From Leucoraja ocellata (lineage: Eukaryota), in NCBI GenBank assembly GCA_036785375.1, contig JAWMAR010000424.1, forward strand, positions 1,178,001 to 1,242,000: a stretch of 64,000 bases of DNA. Direction: 5' to 3'. Of this stretch, positions 14,005 through 27,436 are shown in pieces. The translations under genes and the position numbers were made by a program. Position 1 is the first letter of the stretch, and every line of letters starts with the position of its first letter. Below the pieces are notes generated by a model, which searched no databases, was not told where the DNA came from, and saw nothing but the letters and a program-made list of their open reading frames with translations.

Positions 14005-14094
14005 CGCCGGATTCACATGTCACTACAGGAAGTCCCCATGAGGGTAAAAGGGAAAAGGAAAATCGGGAAAAACAAAGTGCAGGAAAACAGGAAG
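14005..14094 (+). CDS. 90-nt cytoplasmic repeat exon C of upstream paralogue
   Basis: Acceptor ttgtgttttaatacag|, donor G|GTAAGG, phase 1-1, open: APDSHVTTGSPHEGKREKENREKQSAGKQE. Confidence 0.72.
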
Positions 14095-15033
14095 GTAAGG
14101 CTTTTGCTGAAATACAGAACATAGAACAGTACAGCACAGGAACATGCCCTTCAACCCACAATGTCTGTGCTGAACATGATGCCAAGACCATCAATTATCT
14201 ACCTGCACATAACCCATATCCCTCCATTCCCAGCATATCCATGTGTCTATCCAAAAGCCTCTGAAAGGTCACTATCATATCAGCCTCGACCACCACCCCT
14301 GGCAGCGCGTTCCAGCCACCCACCACCCACTGTGTATAAAACCTGCCCAGCACATAGTCATTGTCACAGAGTCATAGAGTGATACAGTGTGGAAACCGGC
14401 CCTATTACCCAACTTGCCCACACCGGCCAATATGTCCCAGCTACACTTGTCCCAGCTGCCCACATTTGTTCCATAATCCTCCAAACAAGTCCCATCCATT
14501 TACCTGTCTAACTGTTTATTAAATGTTGGCATTAGCCCCTGCCTGAACTACCTCCTTTTGTCCCATACACCCACCACGCTTTGTGTGACAAAGTTACCCC
14601 TCAGATTCCAATTCAATCATTTCCCCTTCACCTTAAACCTGGTCCTCGATTCACCTACTCTGAGCAAGGGGCTTTGTGCATCTGGATATCTCCTTTAAAC
14701 GTTGCTGCTCTCATCTTAAAGCTGTGCCCTCTAGTATTTGTATCTTGCATCCTGGGAAAAAGGTTCTGACTGTCTACCCTATCTATGGCTCTTATAATTT
14801 TACAAACTATCAGCTAAATTCACAAAGATGGCACATTATCTGTGTGCAACTCCACATATTCATGTTCAGTTGTTACTGTTTGTGTGCTCTGCCCTTTAAA
14901 ATCTTTTTTCCACCTGCAAGTGTAGATCTTTTAAATCTTATTTTCTTCCTTTATGACATGAATTCTGTGAATCATATGTACAATAATATTTGCTTGGTTC
15001 CATTTCTAAGCCCTTTCCTTTGTGTTAATTCAG

Positions 15034-15143
15034 CATCAACTCCAACGGGAATACAAGTGGAAGCAAAAGACAGCAAAGCAGAAAATGATTTTAAATCACA
15101 GAATCAGGAAGAGAAAGGGGAAAAAGAATCGGAAAATGACTGA
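15034..15143 (+). CDS. Terminal coding exon of upstream paralogue
   Basis: Acceptor ccctttcctttgtgttaattcag|. The phase-1 frame reads ASTPTGIQVEAKDSKAENDFKSQNQEEKGEKESEND*, with composition like the repeat exons. Candidate AATAAA at 19349-19354. Confidence 0.62.
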
Positions 15144-15380
15144 GAAAAAAGAAGAAAATAATTGACAGCTTTAAACAAAGCTTCAGACAAAGGCAAAGAC
15201 ACTATAGGAACAAATGGTGTAAATTATAACATGGGGTTGCCAGCACGGTGGAGACACAAGGAACTGCAGATGCAGGAACATTGAGCAAAACACAAAGTGC
15301 TGGAGGAACTCAGTGGGTCAGGCAGCATCCTTGGAGGGAACATCAAGTGTTACGACTCCAAAGGTAATCAGTCCATTCCC

Positions 15381-18300
15381 TAGCAATGTTATAAAATTTT
15401 GAGATTTAAAAAATCAAGTCTGCAATTTATTCCATCAGATAAAGCATAAAAAGAAGTTTAATTTGACACCTAATTCACTTTCATATCTTCAGTATTAAAA
15501 AGGTTATGGCCATTTTCATACTCGGAATATGCATCTTGTTCCCTATTGTTTTTCCATTGACTTAACACAAAAGCTGTGATCAAGGACTGTCAAAGCCCAT
15601 AACTTTCTTAAAAATTAAGAGAACTGAATGAAATTTTCAGTTATTATAGATTGAAGCATTCTGAAACAGATATGAAACAATCTTACTTGAATGACCTGAA
15701 ATTAAAGCATATAATTAGTTAGTTACCCAATTGTAGCTAATTCCAAAATTCAATTACTAGATCTAAACATCTATCCATTTCTTAAGAAAAGGTTAACATT
15801 TTTAAAAAGCCTATGTATCCAAATACCATTCACACAAGAATTCACAATATAACATGATTTTTTAATCTCATTGTTATGAATTTATAGGCCAAATGGAAGG
15901 AATTTAGTGTTCAATTCCTGTAAACTAATGGGCATTTAAATCATCTTGCGAGTGGGATTTTGTGGAACGCGCTGGTTTGGAACGTTGCAGTTGCAGTGAA
16001 TTGAAACCCCATATCATATAACCATATAACATATAACCATATAACAATTACAGCACGGAAACAGGCCATCTCGACCCTTCTAGTCTGTGCCAAACACGTA
16101 TTCTCCCCTAGTCCCATATACATGCGCTCAGACCATAACCCTCCATTCCTTTCTCGTCCATATAACTATCCAATTTATTTTTAAATGATAAAAACGAACC
16201 TGCCTCCACCACCTTCACTGGAAGCTCATTCCACACAGCTACCACTCTCTGAGTAAAGAAGTTCCCCCTTATGTTACCCCTAAACTTCTGTCCCTTAATT
16301 CTCAAGTCATGTCCCCTTGTTTGCATCTTCCCTCCTCTCAGTGGGAAAAGCTTATCCACATCAACTCTGTCTATCCCTCTCATCATTTTAAAGACCTCTA
16401 TCAAGTCCCCCCTTAACCTTCTGCGCTCCAAAGAATAAAGCCCTAACGTGTTCAACCTTTCTCTGTAACTTAGCTGCTGAAACCCAGGCAACATTCTAGT
16501 AAACCTCCTCTGTACTCTCTCTATTTTGTTGACATCCTTCCTATAATTAGGCGATCAAAATTGTACCCCATACTCCAGAATTGGCCTCACCAATGCCTTG
16601 TACAATTTTAACATTACATCCCAACTTTTATACTCAATGCTCTGATTTATAAAGGCCAGCACACCAAAAGCTTTCTTTACCACCCTATCTATATGAGATT
16701 CCACTTTCAGGGAACTGTGCACAGTTATTCCCAGATCCCTCTGTTCACCTGCATTCTTCAATTCCGTACCATTTACCATGTACGTCCTATTTTGATTTGT
16801 CCTGCCAAGATGTAGCACCTCACACTTATCAGCATTAAACTCCATCTGCCATCTTTCAGTCCACTCTTCCAACTGGCATAAATCTCTCTGTAGACTTTGA
16901 AAATCTACTTCATTATCCACAACCCCTCCTATCTTAGTATCATCTGCATACTTACTAATCCCATTTACCACACCATCATCCAGATCATTGATGTACATGA
17001 CAAACAACAGTGGACCCAACACAGATCCCTGTGGCACCCCACTAGTCACTGGCCTCCAACCTGACAAACAACCATCCACCATTACTCTCTGGCATCTCCC
17101 ATTCAGCCACTGTTGAATCCATCTTGCTACTCCACCATTAATACCCAACCATTGAACCTTCTTAACCAACCTTCCATGAGGAACCTTGTCAAAGGCCTTA
17201 CTGAAGTCCATATATACAACATCCACTGCTTTACCCTCATCAATTTCCCGAGTAACCTCTTCAAAAAATTCAAGAAGATTAGTCAAACATGACCTTCCAG
17301 GCACAAATCCATGTTGACTGTTCCCAATCAGACCCTGTTTATCCAGATGCTTATATATATTATCTCTAAGTATCCTTTCCATTAATTTGCCCACCACTGA
17401 CGTCAAACTAACAGGTCTATAATTGTTAGGTTTACTCTTGGACCCCTTTTTAAACAATGGAACAACATGCGCAGTACGCCAATCCTCCGGCACTATTCCC
17501 ATTTCTAATGACATTTGAAATATTTCTGTGATAGCCCCTGCTATTTCTACACTAACTTCCCTCAATGTCCTAGGGAATATCCTGTCCGGACCTGGAGACT
17601 TATCTACTTTTATATTTCTCAAAAGTGTCAGTACTTCCTCTTCTTTGAATCTCATAGTTTCCATAGGTACTCTACTTGTTTCCATTACCTCACATAATTC
17701 AATATCCTTCTCCTTGGTGAATACCGAAGAAAAGAAATTGTTCAATATCTCCTCCATCTCTTTTGGCTCTGCAGATAGCTGTGCACTCTGACTATCTAAT
17801 GGACCAATTTTATCCCTCGTTATCCTTTTGCTATTAATATAGCTGTAGAAACCCTTTGGATTTACTTTCACCTTACTTGCCAAAGCAACCTCATATCTTC
17901 TTTTAGCTTTTCTAATTTCTTTCTTGAGATTCTTTTTACATTCTTTATAGTCCTCAAGCACCTCATTTACTCCATGCTGCCTATAATTATTGTAGATCTC
18001 TCTTTTTTTCCAAACCAAGTGTCCAATTTCCCTTGAAAACCATGGCTCTTCCCTATTTTTACTATTTCCTTTCAACCGAACAGGGACATAAAGATTCTGT
18101 ACTCTTAAAATTTCACCTTTAAATGTACTCCATTTGTCTTCCACATCTTTCCCATAAAACAAAATGTCCCAATTTACTCCTTTTAAATCCTTTTGCATCT
18201 CCTCAAAGTTAGCCTTTCTCCAATCAAAAATCTCAACCCTAGGTCCAGTTCTGCCCCTCTCCATAATTATATTGAAACTAATGGTATTGTGATCACTGGT

Positions 18301-18918
18301 CCCGAACTGTTCCCCAATGCATACCTCTGCCACCTGACCCGTCTCATTTCCTAACAGGAGGTCCAGCACCGCCCCTTCTCTAGTAGGTACTTCTATGTAT
18401 TGCTGCAAAAAACTATCCTGCACACATTTTACAAACTCCAACCCTTCCAGCCCATTTACAGAATGTGTTTCCCAGTCTATGTGTGGAAAATTGAAATCTC
18501 CCACAATCACTACCTATATCGGTAGGAAAAATACTGCCGGATTGTATATTTACATAATGACACTTTTGCAACTTAAAATTTTGATTAAAGGCATCCTAAG
18601 AAGCAAGTTTATATGAAAAAATAAACGGCATACCTTGCCTTGTCCCCTACGTGAGATCCTTCCTGATGTCGGCGTTTGAAGATTACTTTAAATTTACTCC
18701 AACAATTAAATGATCCAGCAATAATTTAAGTAAACTTAATAAAACGGCAGTCGAAGCGATGTTTCTTTAGTAACTAAACAGCCTGACGGAGATCAATTTG
18801 AATAGGTTGCTGAAAAATCGCATTTAAACCCACCCCCCTCTCAAATGCGCCAAAGTCGCGCACACGGGCAGCGACAGAACTGCAGCGCCGCTGAAGGTAG
18901 GTTTTGTAACATACCTAC
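15381..18918. mobile_element. Non-autonomous DNA transposon-like element (~1 kb; arms 15381-~16010 and ~18513-18918) split by a CR1 insertion
   Basis: Imperfect TIRs: tagcaatgttataaaa versus reverse complement taggtatgttacaaaa. Flanks cattccc/cattctc. It interrupts a palindromic Penelope/MER6-like element whose halves lie on either side. Confidence 0.6.
16011..18512 (-). mobile_element. CR1 LINE, 5'-truncated, largely intact ORF2
   Basis: 651-aa ORF (GDFNFPHIDW, KSPGPD, YADDTK) followed after one stop by the C-terminal ORF; (TATATGGT)n tail. Confidence 0.95.
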
Positions 18919-19950
18919 ATTCTCTCTACAGATGCTGACTGACCAGCTGAGTTCCTCCAGCACTTTGTAATTTGTATGTGAGGTGGATCATTATTAAAAT
19001 GAAAAGTAATGGAGTGGAACTCAATGATGAAAGGCATTATTGTATAAAGAAATCCTGATCATATGATGATCAATTCTACACTGATAAATTAATAAGTTCT
19101 ACAAATGAGACAAAGTGAATGGGCAAATCGTCCAACATTTCAACTAAAATTATATTTCAACAACATATGAATTGCATAAATTTAGAAGAAACATTTTGAA
19201 TCAATCTACCAACCATACTTTTATTTCTGTAATATAATTTTATAAAATAATTTTATTGGTACCCTCGACATATTCCTGCAGTATTAATTATGTATTGTTC
19301 CTATCACAAATTGTTTTTATTCTGTACTGCAATAGCTCAACTAATTCAAATAAATCTCACAATTAATCCCATAACAAATTAACCCAGTGATCTGAGATCA
19401 GTGATATTTTCTGCTTCAACTATTTATAGTTTTGTTCTGAATTGTATGACTACATTGTCGGCATCCGCAGACTTGCCTTATTGTCCGTTTTGCCAAAATA
19501 ACAGAGGTGACGGCCTCGGCAAGGAGGGAGGGGGCTGAGATACTGGTCTGTAGAGTCGGCCTCAGATGCTGGATATGGGAACAGATCTGCCGGCTCCGGC
19601 CGGGCTGGAGTTCCAGAGCTCTGGCCACAGGGGGCAAAATCAACCCACTGATCAGCATGGAAGTCTCGATGAGGTCGAGATCGGCCGCCTGACCCGGCCC
19701 AGGTGCCACATTTTCTAGGGAAACTCCGGGGGGGGGGATTTCAAATGCGTTCTTGTAATTTTATCCAGATTAAAGGAGGTGCCGGACCACCAGTTGCTGG
19801 AAAATCGGTGGTGAATTTGTATATAGGTTTACTATTATGTTTATTGTTGTCACCTGTACCAAAGTACAGTGAATAGTTTTGTATTACATGCTATCCAAAC
19901 AGATCAGATATACACAAAATGCTGGAGTAACTCATTGGAACAGGTAGCAT

Positions 19951-20308
19951 ATAACATATAACCATATAACAATTACAGCACAGAAACAGGCCATCCCGGC
20001 CCTTCTAGTCTGTGCCGAACACTTATTCTCACCTAGTCCCATCTACCTGCACTCAGACCACACCCCTCCATTCCTTTCCCGCCCATATACCTATCCAATT
20101 TATTTTTAAATTATAAAATCGAACCTGCCTCCACCACTTCCACTGGAAGCTCATTCCACACAGCTACCACTCTCTGAGGAAAGAAGTTCCCCCTCATGTT
20201 ACCCCTAAACTTCAGTCCCTTAATTCTAAAATCATGTCCTCTTGTTTGAATCTTCCCTACTCTCCACGTCAACTCTGTCTATCCCTCTCATCATTTTAAA
20301 GACCTCTA
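19951..20308 (-). mobile_element. CR1 LINE 3' fragment
   Basis: Same 3' end and tail as 16011-16500. Confidence 0.85.
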
Positions 20309-21083
20309 TTGGGACAGGTGGGGCCAATGTAGTGGGAGACTCCATTGTGAGAGGTACGGACAGGGGTTTCTGCGGTAACAGATGGGATTCGAGGATGGTG
20401 TGCTGCCTTCCTGGTGCCAGGATCCAGGATGTCACGGACAGAGTGCATAAAATCCTCAAGGGCGAAGGTGAACATCCGGAGGTGGTAGTGCATGTTGGCA
20501 CAAATGATGTCGGAAAGAAGGGGATGAATATTCTGCAGCGTGACTTTAGAGAGCTCGGAAAAATGCTGAAAAGCAGGACCTCCAGGGTTGTTATCTCTGG
20601 TTTGCTTCCAGTTCCTCGTGCTGGCGAGAGCAGGAACAGGGAGATACGGGACCTGTGTGGCTGAGGAACTGGTGCATGGGGCAGGGATTTAGATTCTTAG
20701 ATCACTGGGATCTGTTTTGGGGTAAGGGGGAACTGTACAAAAGGGATGGATTGCATCTTAACAGGTGTGGGACCAGCATTCTGGCAGGCAGGTTTGCCAC
20801 TGCTACACGGGTTGTTTTAAACTGAATAAGGGGGGTGGGGTGTCGAATGGGATAGTGGAGGATGGAGTTAAAGGGAAAGGGTTTCTTAAATGTATGAGTG
20901 TAGTGACAGAGGGGTGTAAAATGAGGGTTGAAGCAATAGGTAGCAAGGTGAAAAGTAAAAGTGTCAGGCCGGCAAATCCAGGGCAAAAATCAAAAAGGGC
21001 CACTTTTCTGCATAATAGTATAAGGGGTAAGAGTGTTGTAAAAACAAGCCTGAAGGCTTTGTGTCTCAATGCAAGGAGCATTC

Positions 21084-22946
21084 ATAGAAACATAGAAATT
21101 AGGTGCAGGAGTAGGCCATTTGGCCCTTCGAGCCTGCACCGCCATTCAATATGATCATGGCTGATCATCCAACTCAGTATCCCGTACCTGCCTTCTCTCC
21201 ATACCCCCTGATCCCCTTAGCCACAAGGGCCACATCTAACTCCCTCTTAAATTATGGATGCTTTATGGATTATTATACTGCATATATGCAGTATAATAAT
21301 ACTATTAATAATACTATTAATATGGATTATTATACTGCATCTACCAAACATTTGCCCACTCACCCAGCCTATCCAAGTCACCTTGCAGTCTCCTAGCATC
21401 CTCCTCACAGATAACACTGCCCCCCCAGCTTAGTGTCATCCGCAAACTTGGAGATATTGCCTTCAATTCCCTCATCCAGATCATTAATATATATTGTAAA
21501 TAGCTGGGGTCCCAGCACTGAGCCTTGCGGTACCCCACTAGTCACTGCCCGCCATTGTGAAAAGGACCCGTTTACTCCTACTCTTTGCTTCCTGTTTGCC
21601 AGCCAGTTCTCTATCCACATCAATACTGAACCCCCAATGCCTTGTGCTTTAAGTTTGTATAATAATCTCTTATGTGGGACCTTGTCGAAAGCCTTCTGGA
21701 AGTCCAGATACACCACATCCACTGGTTCTCCCCTATCCACGCTACTGGTTACATCCTCGAAAAATTCTATAAGATTCGTCAGACATGATTTACCTTTCGT
21801 AAATCCATGCTGACTTTGTCCAATGATTTCACCACTTTCCAAATGTGCTGCTATCCCATCTTTAATAACTGACTCTAGCAGTTTCCTCACTACCGATGTT
21901 ATACTAACTGGCCTGTAATTCCCCATTTTCTCTCTCCCTCCCTTCTTAAAAAGTGGGGTTACGTTTGCTTCCCGCCAATCTTCAGGAACTACTCCAGAAT
22001 CTAAAGAGTTTTGAAAGATTATTACTAATGCATCCACTCTTTCTGGAGCTACTTCCTTAAGTACTCTGGGATGCAGCCTATCTGGCCCTGGGGATTTATC
22101 GGCCTTATATCCATTCAATTTACCCAACACCACTTCCCGGCTAACCTGGATTTCACTCAATTCCTCCAACTCCTTTGATCCGCGGTCCCTTGCTATTTCC
22201 GGCAAATTATTTATGTCTTCCTTAGTGAAGACGGAACCAAAGTAGTTATTCAATTGGTCCGCCATATCCTTGTTCCCCATGATCAACTCACCTGTTTCTG
22301 ACTGCAAGGGACCTACATTTGTTTTAACTAATCTCTTTCTTTTCACATATCTATAAAAGCTTTTGCAGTCAGTTTTTATGTTCCCTGCCAGTTTTCTTTC
22401 ATAATCTATTTTTCCTTTCCTAATTAAGCCCTTTGTCCTCCTCTGCTGGTCTTTGAATTTCTCCCAGTCCTCCGGTATGCTGCTTTTTCTGGCTAATTTG
22501 TACGCATCATCCTTCACTTTGATACTATCCTTGATTTCCCTTGTTATCCATGGATGTACTACCTTCCCTGATTTATTCTTTTGCCAAACTGGTATGAACA
22601 ATTTTTGTAGTTCATCCATGCAGTCTTTAAATGTCTTCCATTGCATATCCACCGTCAACCCTTTTAGAATTAATTGCCAGTCAATCTTGGCCAATTCACG
22701 TCTCATAACCTCAAAGTTACCTTTCTTTAAGTTGTGAATTAACAATGTCACTCTCCATCCTAATGAAGAACTCAACCATATTATGGTCACTCTTGCCCAA
22801 GGGGGCACGTACAACAAGATTGCTAACTAACCCTTCCTCATTACTCAATACCCAGTCTAAAATAGCCTGCTCTCTCATTGGTTCCTCTACATGTTGATTT
22901 AGATAACTATCCCGCATACATTCCAAGAAATCCTCTTCCTCAGCAC
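21084..22946 (-). mobile_element. Inverted, internally deleted CR1 copy of the same family nested in the element above
   Basis: 3' tail at 21084-21251 and 470-aa ORF 21405-22817, nearly identical to 24703-25850. Confidence 0.9.
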
Positions 22947-23830
22947 TCCTGATAAGGCGGATGAGTTGAATGTGCAGATAGCTATTAATGACTATGATAT
23001 AGTTGGGATCACGGAGCCATGGCTCCAGGGTGACCAAGGCTGGGAGCTGAGCATCCAGGGATATTCAATATCCAGGAGGGATAGACAGAAAGGGAAAGGA
23101 GGTGGGGTAGCGTTGCTGGTTAGAGAGCAGATTAACGGAATAGAAAGGAAGGACATTAGCTTTGAGGATGTGGAATCGATATGGGTAGAGCTGCGAAACA
23201 CTAAGGGGCAGAAAACGCTAGTGGGAGTTGTGTACAGGCCACCTAACAGTAGTAGTGGAGTTGGGGATGGCATCAAACAGGAAATTAGAAATGCGTGCAA
23301 CAAAGGTAAAACAGTTATAATGGGTGACTTCAATCTACATATAGATTGAGTGAATCAAATTGGCAAGGGTGCTGAGGAAGAGGATTTCTTGGAATGTATG
23401 CGGGATAGTTTTCTAAACCAACATGTAGAGGAACCGCCGAGAGAGCAGGCTATTCTAGACTGGGTATTGAGTAGAGGAAGGGTTAGTTAGCAGTCTTGTT
23501 GTGCGTGGCCCCTTGGGCAAGAGTGACCATAATATGGTTGAGTTCTTCATTAGGATGGAGAGTGACATCGTTAATTTAGAAACAAGGGCCCTGAACTTAA
23601 AGAAACGTAACTTTGAGTGTATGAGACGTGAATTGCCAAGATAGACTGGCGATTGATTCTTAATAGGTTGACGGTGGATATGCAATGGAAGGCATTTAAA
23701 GACTGCATGGATGAACTACAACAAATGTTCATCCCAGTTTGGCAAAAAAATAAATCAGGGAAGGTAGTGCATCCGTGGATAACAAGGGAAATCAGGGATA
23801 GTATCAAAACAAAAGATGACGCGTACAAAT

Positions 23831-24706
23831 ACAGGTAGGCGGCGCGACTCTCGTCAGCAGCGGCCTCTGCAGCCCGTCCGCTTTTTTATTATTTTTGTCT
23901 ATGTTTTTATGTAGTTTTTGTTATTTTTTGTTTGGGTGTGAGTGTGTGTGGGGGGGGGGGGGGGGGGGAGGTGGGGTGGGAGGGAGGGGGTAACTTTTAA
24001 ATTTCTCCCTGCACGGGAGACCCGACCTTTTCTTTGTCGGGTCTCCGTTGTTGTTGGGGTTGCAACGTGGAGCGGCCTCCAACAGGAGAAGACCGGGGAC
24101 TCTGGTGCCGACGACTCACCTCACCATCGCGGGGCTGGCCGAGTCCGGAGCGGGTGGAGCGGTGTTGGAGCGCTGCTGCTGCTGCAGCCCGACCTCCGGA
24201 GATTCGGAGGCTGAAACTGCGGGTCTGGCGGACGGCGGCACCGGGAGCCCGCGGGTCCCTGGAGGGAGACCGCTTTTCAGGGCTCCTGCAACGGCGACTT
24301 CTCCCGCCCGAGTTGCGGGGTTGAAGAGCTCCTGGAGCGGGGCCTGACATCACTGCCCCGCGTGGCTTGGAATGGCCGCGGGACTCTGCGAGCGCACGCC
24401 GCGGGCTCTAACACCAAAACCCGGTGTGCGACCTCGCACCACCCGACGTGGCTTTAATGGCCGCGGGACAATCGCCATCGCCAGCCGGGGGCTTTGACTT
24501 TGACTCTGACATTGGGGGGGGGGGCGGGGAGAGTGCAGTGGAGAGATAAGTTTTTTTGGCCTTCCATCACAACGATGTGATGGATGTTTATGTAAATTAT
24601 GTTGTGTCTTGGGTCTATTTGTTTTGTAATGTATGGCTGCAGAAACGGCATTTCGTTTGGACCTCAAGGGGTCCAAATGACAATTAAATTGAATCTTGAA
24701 TCTTGA
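23831..24706 (+). mobile_element. GC-rich non-coding retroposon (~0.88 kb) with Rex1-like tail (TCTTGAA)n
   Basis: Interrupts CR1 ORF2 cleanly; near-identical inverted copy at 49198-50094. Confidence 0.85.
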
Positions 24707-26700
24707 AATTAGCCAGAAAAAGCTGCCTACCAGAGGACTGGGAGAAATTCAGAGACCAGCAGAGGAGGACAAAGGGCTTAATTAGGAAAGGAAAAATAGA
24801 TTATGAAAGAAAACTGGCAGGGAACATAAAAACTGACTGCAAAAGCTTTTATAGATATGTGAAGAGAAAAAGATTAGTTAAAACAAATGTAGGTCCCTTG
24901 CAGTCAGAAAAGGGTGAATTGGTCATGGGGAACAAGGACATGGCAGACCAATTGAATAACTACTTTGGTTCTGTGTTCATTAAGGAAGACATAAATAATC
25001 TGCCGGAAATAGCAGGGGACCGGGGGTCAAATGAGATGGGGGAACTGAGTGAAATCCAGGTTAGTCGGGAAGTGCTGTTAGGTAAATTGAATGGATTAAA
25101 GGCCGATAAATCCCCAGGTCCAGATAGGCTGCATCCCAGAGTACTTAAGGAAGTAGCCCCAGAAATAGTGGATGCATTAATGATAATTTTTCAAAACTCT
25201 CTAGATCCTGGAGTAGTTCCTGAGGATTGGAGGGTAGCTAATGTAACCCCACTTTTTAAAAAGGGAGGGAGAGAGAAAAAAGGGAATTACAGACCAGTTA
25301 GTCTAACGTCGGTAGTGGGGAAACTGCTAGAATCAGTTATTAAAGATGGGATAGCAGCACATTTGGAAAGTGGTGAAATCATTGGACAAAGTCAGCATGG
25401 ATTTATGAAAGGTAAATCATATCTGACGAATCTTATAGAATTTTTTGAGGATGTAACTAGTAGAGAGGATAAGGGACAACCAGTGGATGTGTTATATCTG
25501 GACTTTCAGAAGGCATTCGACAAGGTCCCACATAAGAGATTAGTATACAAACTTAAAGCACACAGTATTGGGGGTTCAGTATTGATGTGGATAGAGAACT
25601 GGTTGGCAGACAGGAAGCAAAGAGTAGGAGTGAACGGGTCTTTTTCACAATGGCAGGCAGTGACTAGTGGGGTACCGCAAGGCTCAGTGCTCGGACCCCA
25701 GCTATTTACGATATATATTAATGATTTGGACGAGGGAATTGAATGCAACATCTCCAGGTTTGCGGATGACACGAAGCTGGGGGGCAGTGTTAGCTGTGAG
25801 GAGGATGCTAGGAGGCTGCAAGGTGACTTGGATAGGCTGGGTGAGTGGGCAAATGCATGGCAGATGCAGTATAATGTGGATAAATATGAGGTTATGCACT
25901 TTGGTGGCAAAAACAGGAAAGTAGATTATTATCTGAATGGTGGCCGATTAGGAAAGGGGAAGATGCAACGAGACCTGGGTGTCATGGTACACCAGCCATT
26001 AAAAGTAGGCATGCAGGTGCAGCAGGCAGTGAAGAAGGCGAATGGTATGTTAGCATTCATAGCAAAAGGATTTGAGTATAGGAGCAGGGAGGTTCTACTG
26101 CAGTTGTACAGGGTCTTGGTGAGACCACACCTGGAGTATTGCGTACAGTTTTGGTCTCCTAATCTGAGGAAAGACATTCTTGCCATAGAGGGAGTACAGA
26201 GAAGGTTCACCAGACTGATTCCTGGGATGTCAGGACTTTCATATGAAGAAAGACTGGATAGACTCGGTTTGTACTCGCTAGAATTTAGAAGATTGAGGGG
26301 GGATCTTATAGAAACTTACAAAATTCTTAAGGGGTTGGACAGGCTAGATGCAGGAAGATTGTTCCCGATGTTGGGGAAGCCCAGAACAAGGGGTCATAGT
26401 TTAAGGATAAGGGGGAAATCTTTTAGGACCGAGATGAGGAAAACTTTTTTCACACAGAGAGTGGTGAATCTCTGGAATTCTCTGCCGCAGAAGGTAGTTG
26501 AGGCCAGTTCATTGGCTATATTTAAGAGGGAGTTAGATGTGGCCCTTGTGGCTAAAGGGATCAGGGGGTATGGAGAGAAGGCAAGAACAGGATACTGAGT
26601 TGGATGATCAGCCATGATCATATTGAATGGCGGTGCAGGCTCGAAGGGGCGAATGGCCTACTGCTGCACCTATTTTCTATGTTTCTATGTTTCTATGTTT

Positions 26701-26972
26701 TGCGGTTGCAGCACTTAGGCTGTGGAACAGCATCCCTCTTCCCATCAGAACTGCCCCCTTCATCGACTCCTTTAAGTCTAGACTTAAAACCTATTTTTAC
26801 TCACAAGCATTTCTTGAGGTCCTCTGAGGGAGCGCTGTATGTATGTATTTATGTATGTATTGTTGATTTATGTACCACTGTCTGTAGCATGTTAGTACCT
26901 GCACTAATGTAAAGCACTTTGGTCAACGAGAGTTGTTTTTAAATGTGCTTTAGAAATAAAATTGACTTGACT
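26701..26972 (+). mobile_element. L2 LINE 3' fragment
   Basis: LWNSIPLPIRTAPFIDSFKSRLKTYFYSQAF; tail tgtaaagcactttgg...gtgctttagaaataaa. Confidence 0.75.
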
Positions 26973-27436
26973 ATGTTACCCCAAATTCTCACCTACTCGT
27001 TACACGCTTGGGGAAATTTAGAGGGCCAATAAACCATCAAACCCGCATGTTTTTAGGATGTGGGAAGAAACTGGAGCACCCGAATAATAGCAGGGAGAAC
27101 GTGCAAACTCCACACAGATTCCAAACTGTCAGGGATGATGGTGGAGGCAGATTCGACAGTGGCATTTAAATGAATTTTGGATAGCTACATGGATATGCAG
27201 GGAACGGAGAGATATGGATCACGGCCAGGCAGAGGAGATTTATTTAACAGCATCATTTTCAGCATGGGCAGTGTGGGCTGAAGGGTCTGTTCCTCTGCGG
27301 TGCTGTTCTATGCTCTATGTTCTGTGTTTGTGAGTAACATTTCCCCAGTGGCACAACAGCCAGAATGCCTCGTTCCTGGCATGTGGACAATGACATGAAT
27401 TGCAATCCAATCTCAATGTGAATTCTGAGATCTTAC

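Larger units (their letters stand above)
20309..26700 (+). mobile_element. Near full-length CR1 LINE (ORF1 SGNH esterase, ORF2 endonuclease-RT) with two nested insertions
   Basis: ORF1 VVGDSIVRG..CLPGA..HVGTNDV..DGLHLN. The ORF2 start CLNARS is interrupted at 21083 and resumes at ~22947. Intact 631-aa RT/C-terminal ORF 24703-26598; (TTTCTATG)n tail. Confidence 0.92.

Noticed and set aside
23942-24676. Overlapping Arg/Gly/Pro-rich ORFs in GC-rich segments (also 552-1291 and 48284-50011)
   Set aside because: Stop-poor GC-rich interspersed repeats, open in several frames, with no domain motifs.
24703-26598. Long RT ORFs (631 aa here, 651 aa at 16555-18510, 621 aa at 60328-62193) as domesticated genes
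   Set aside because: They are ordinary young CR1/Gypsy copies with tails or LTRs and disruptions elsewhere in the element.
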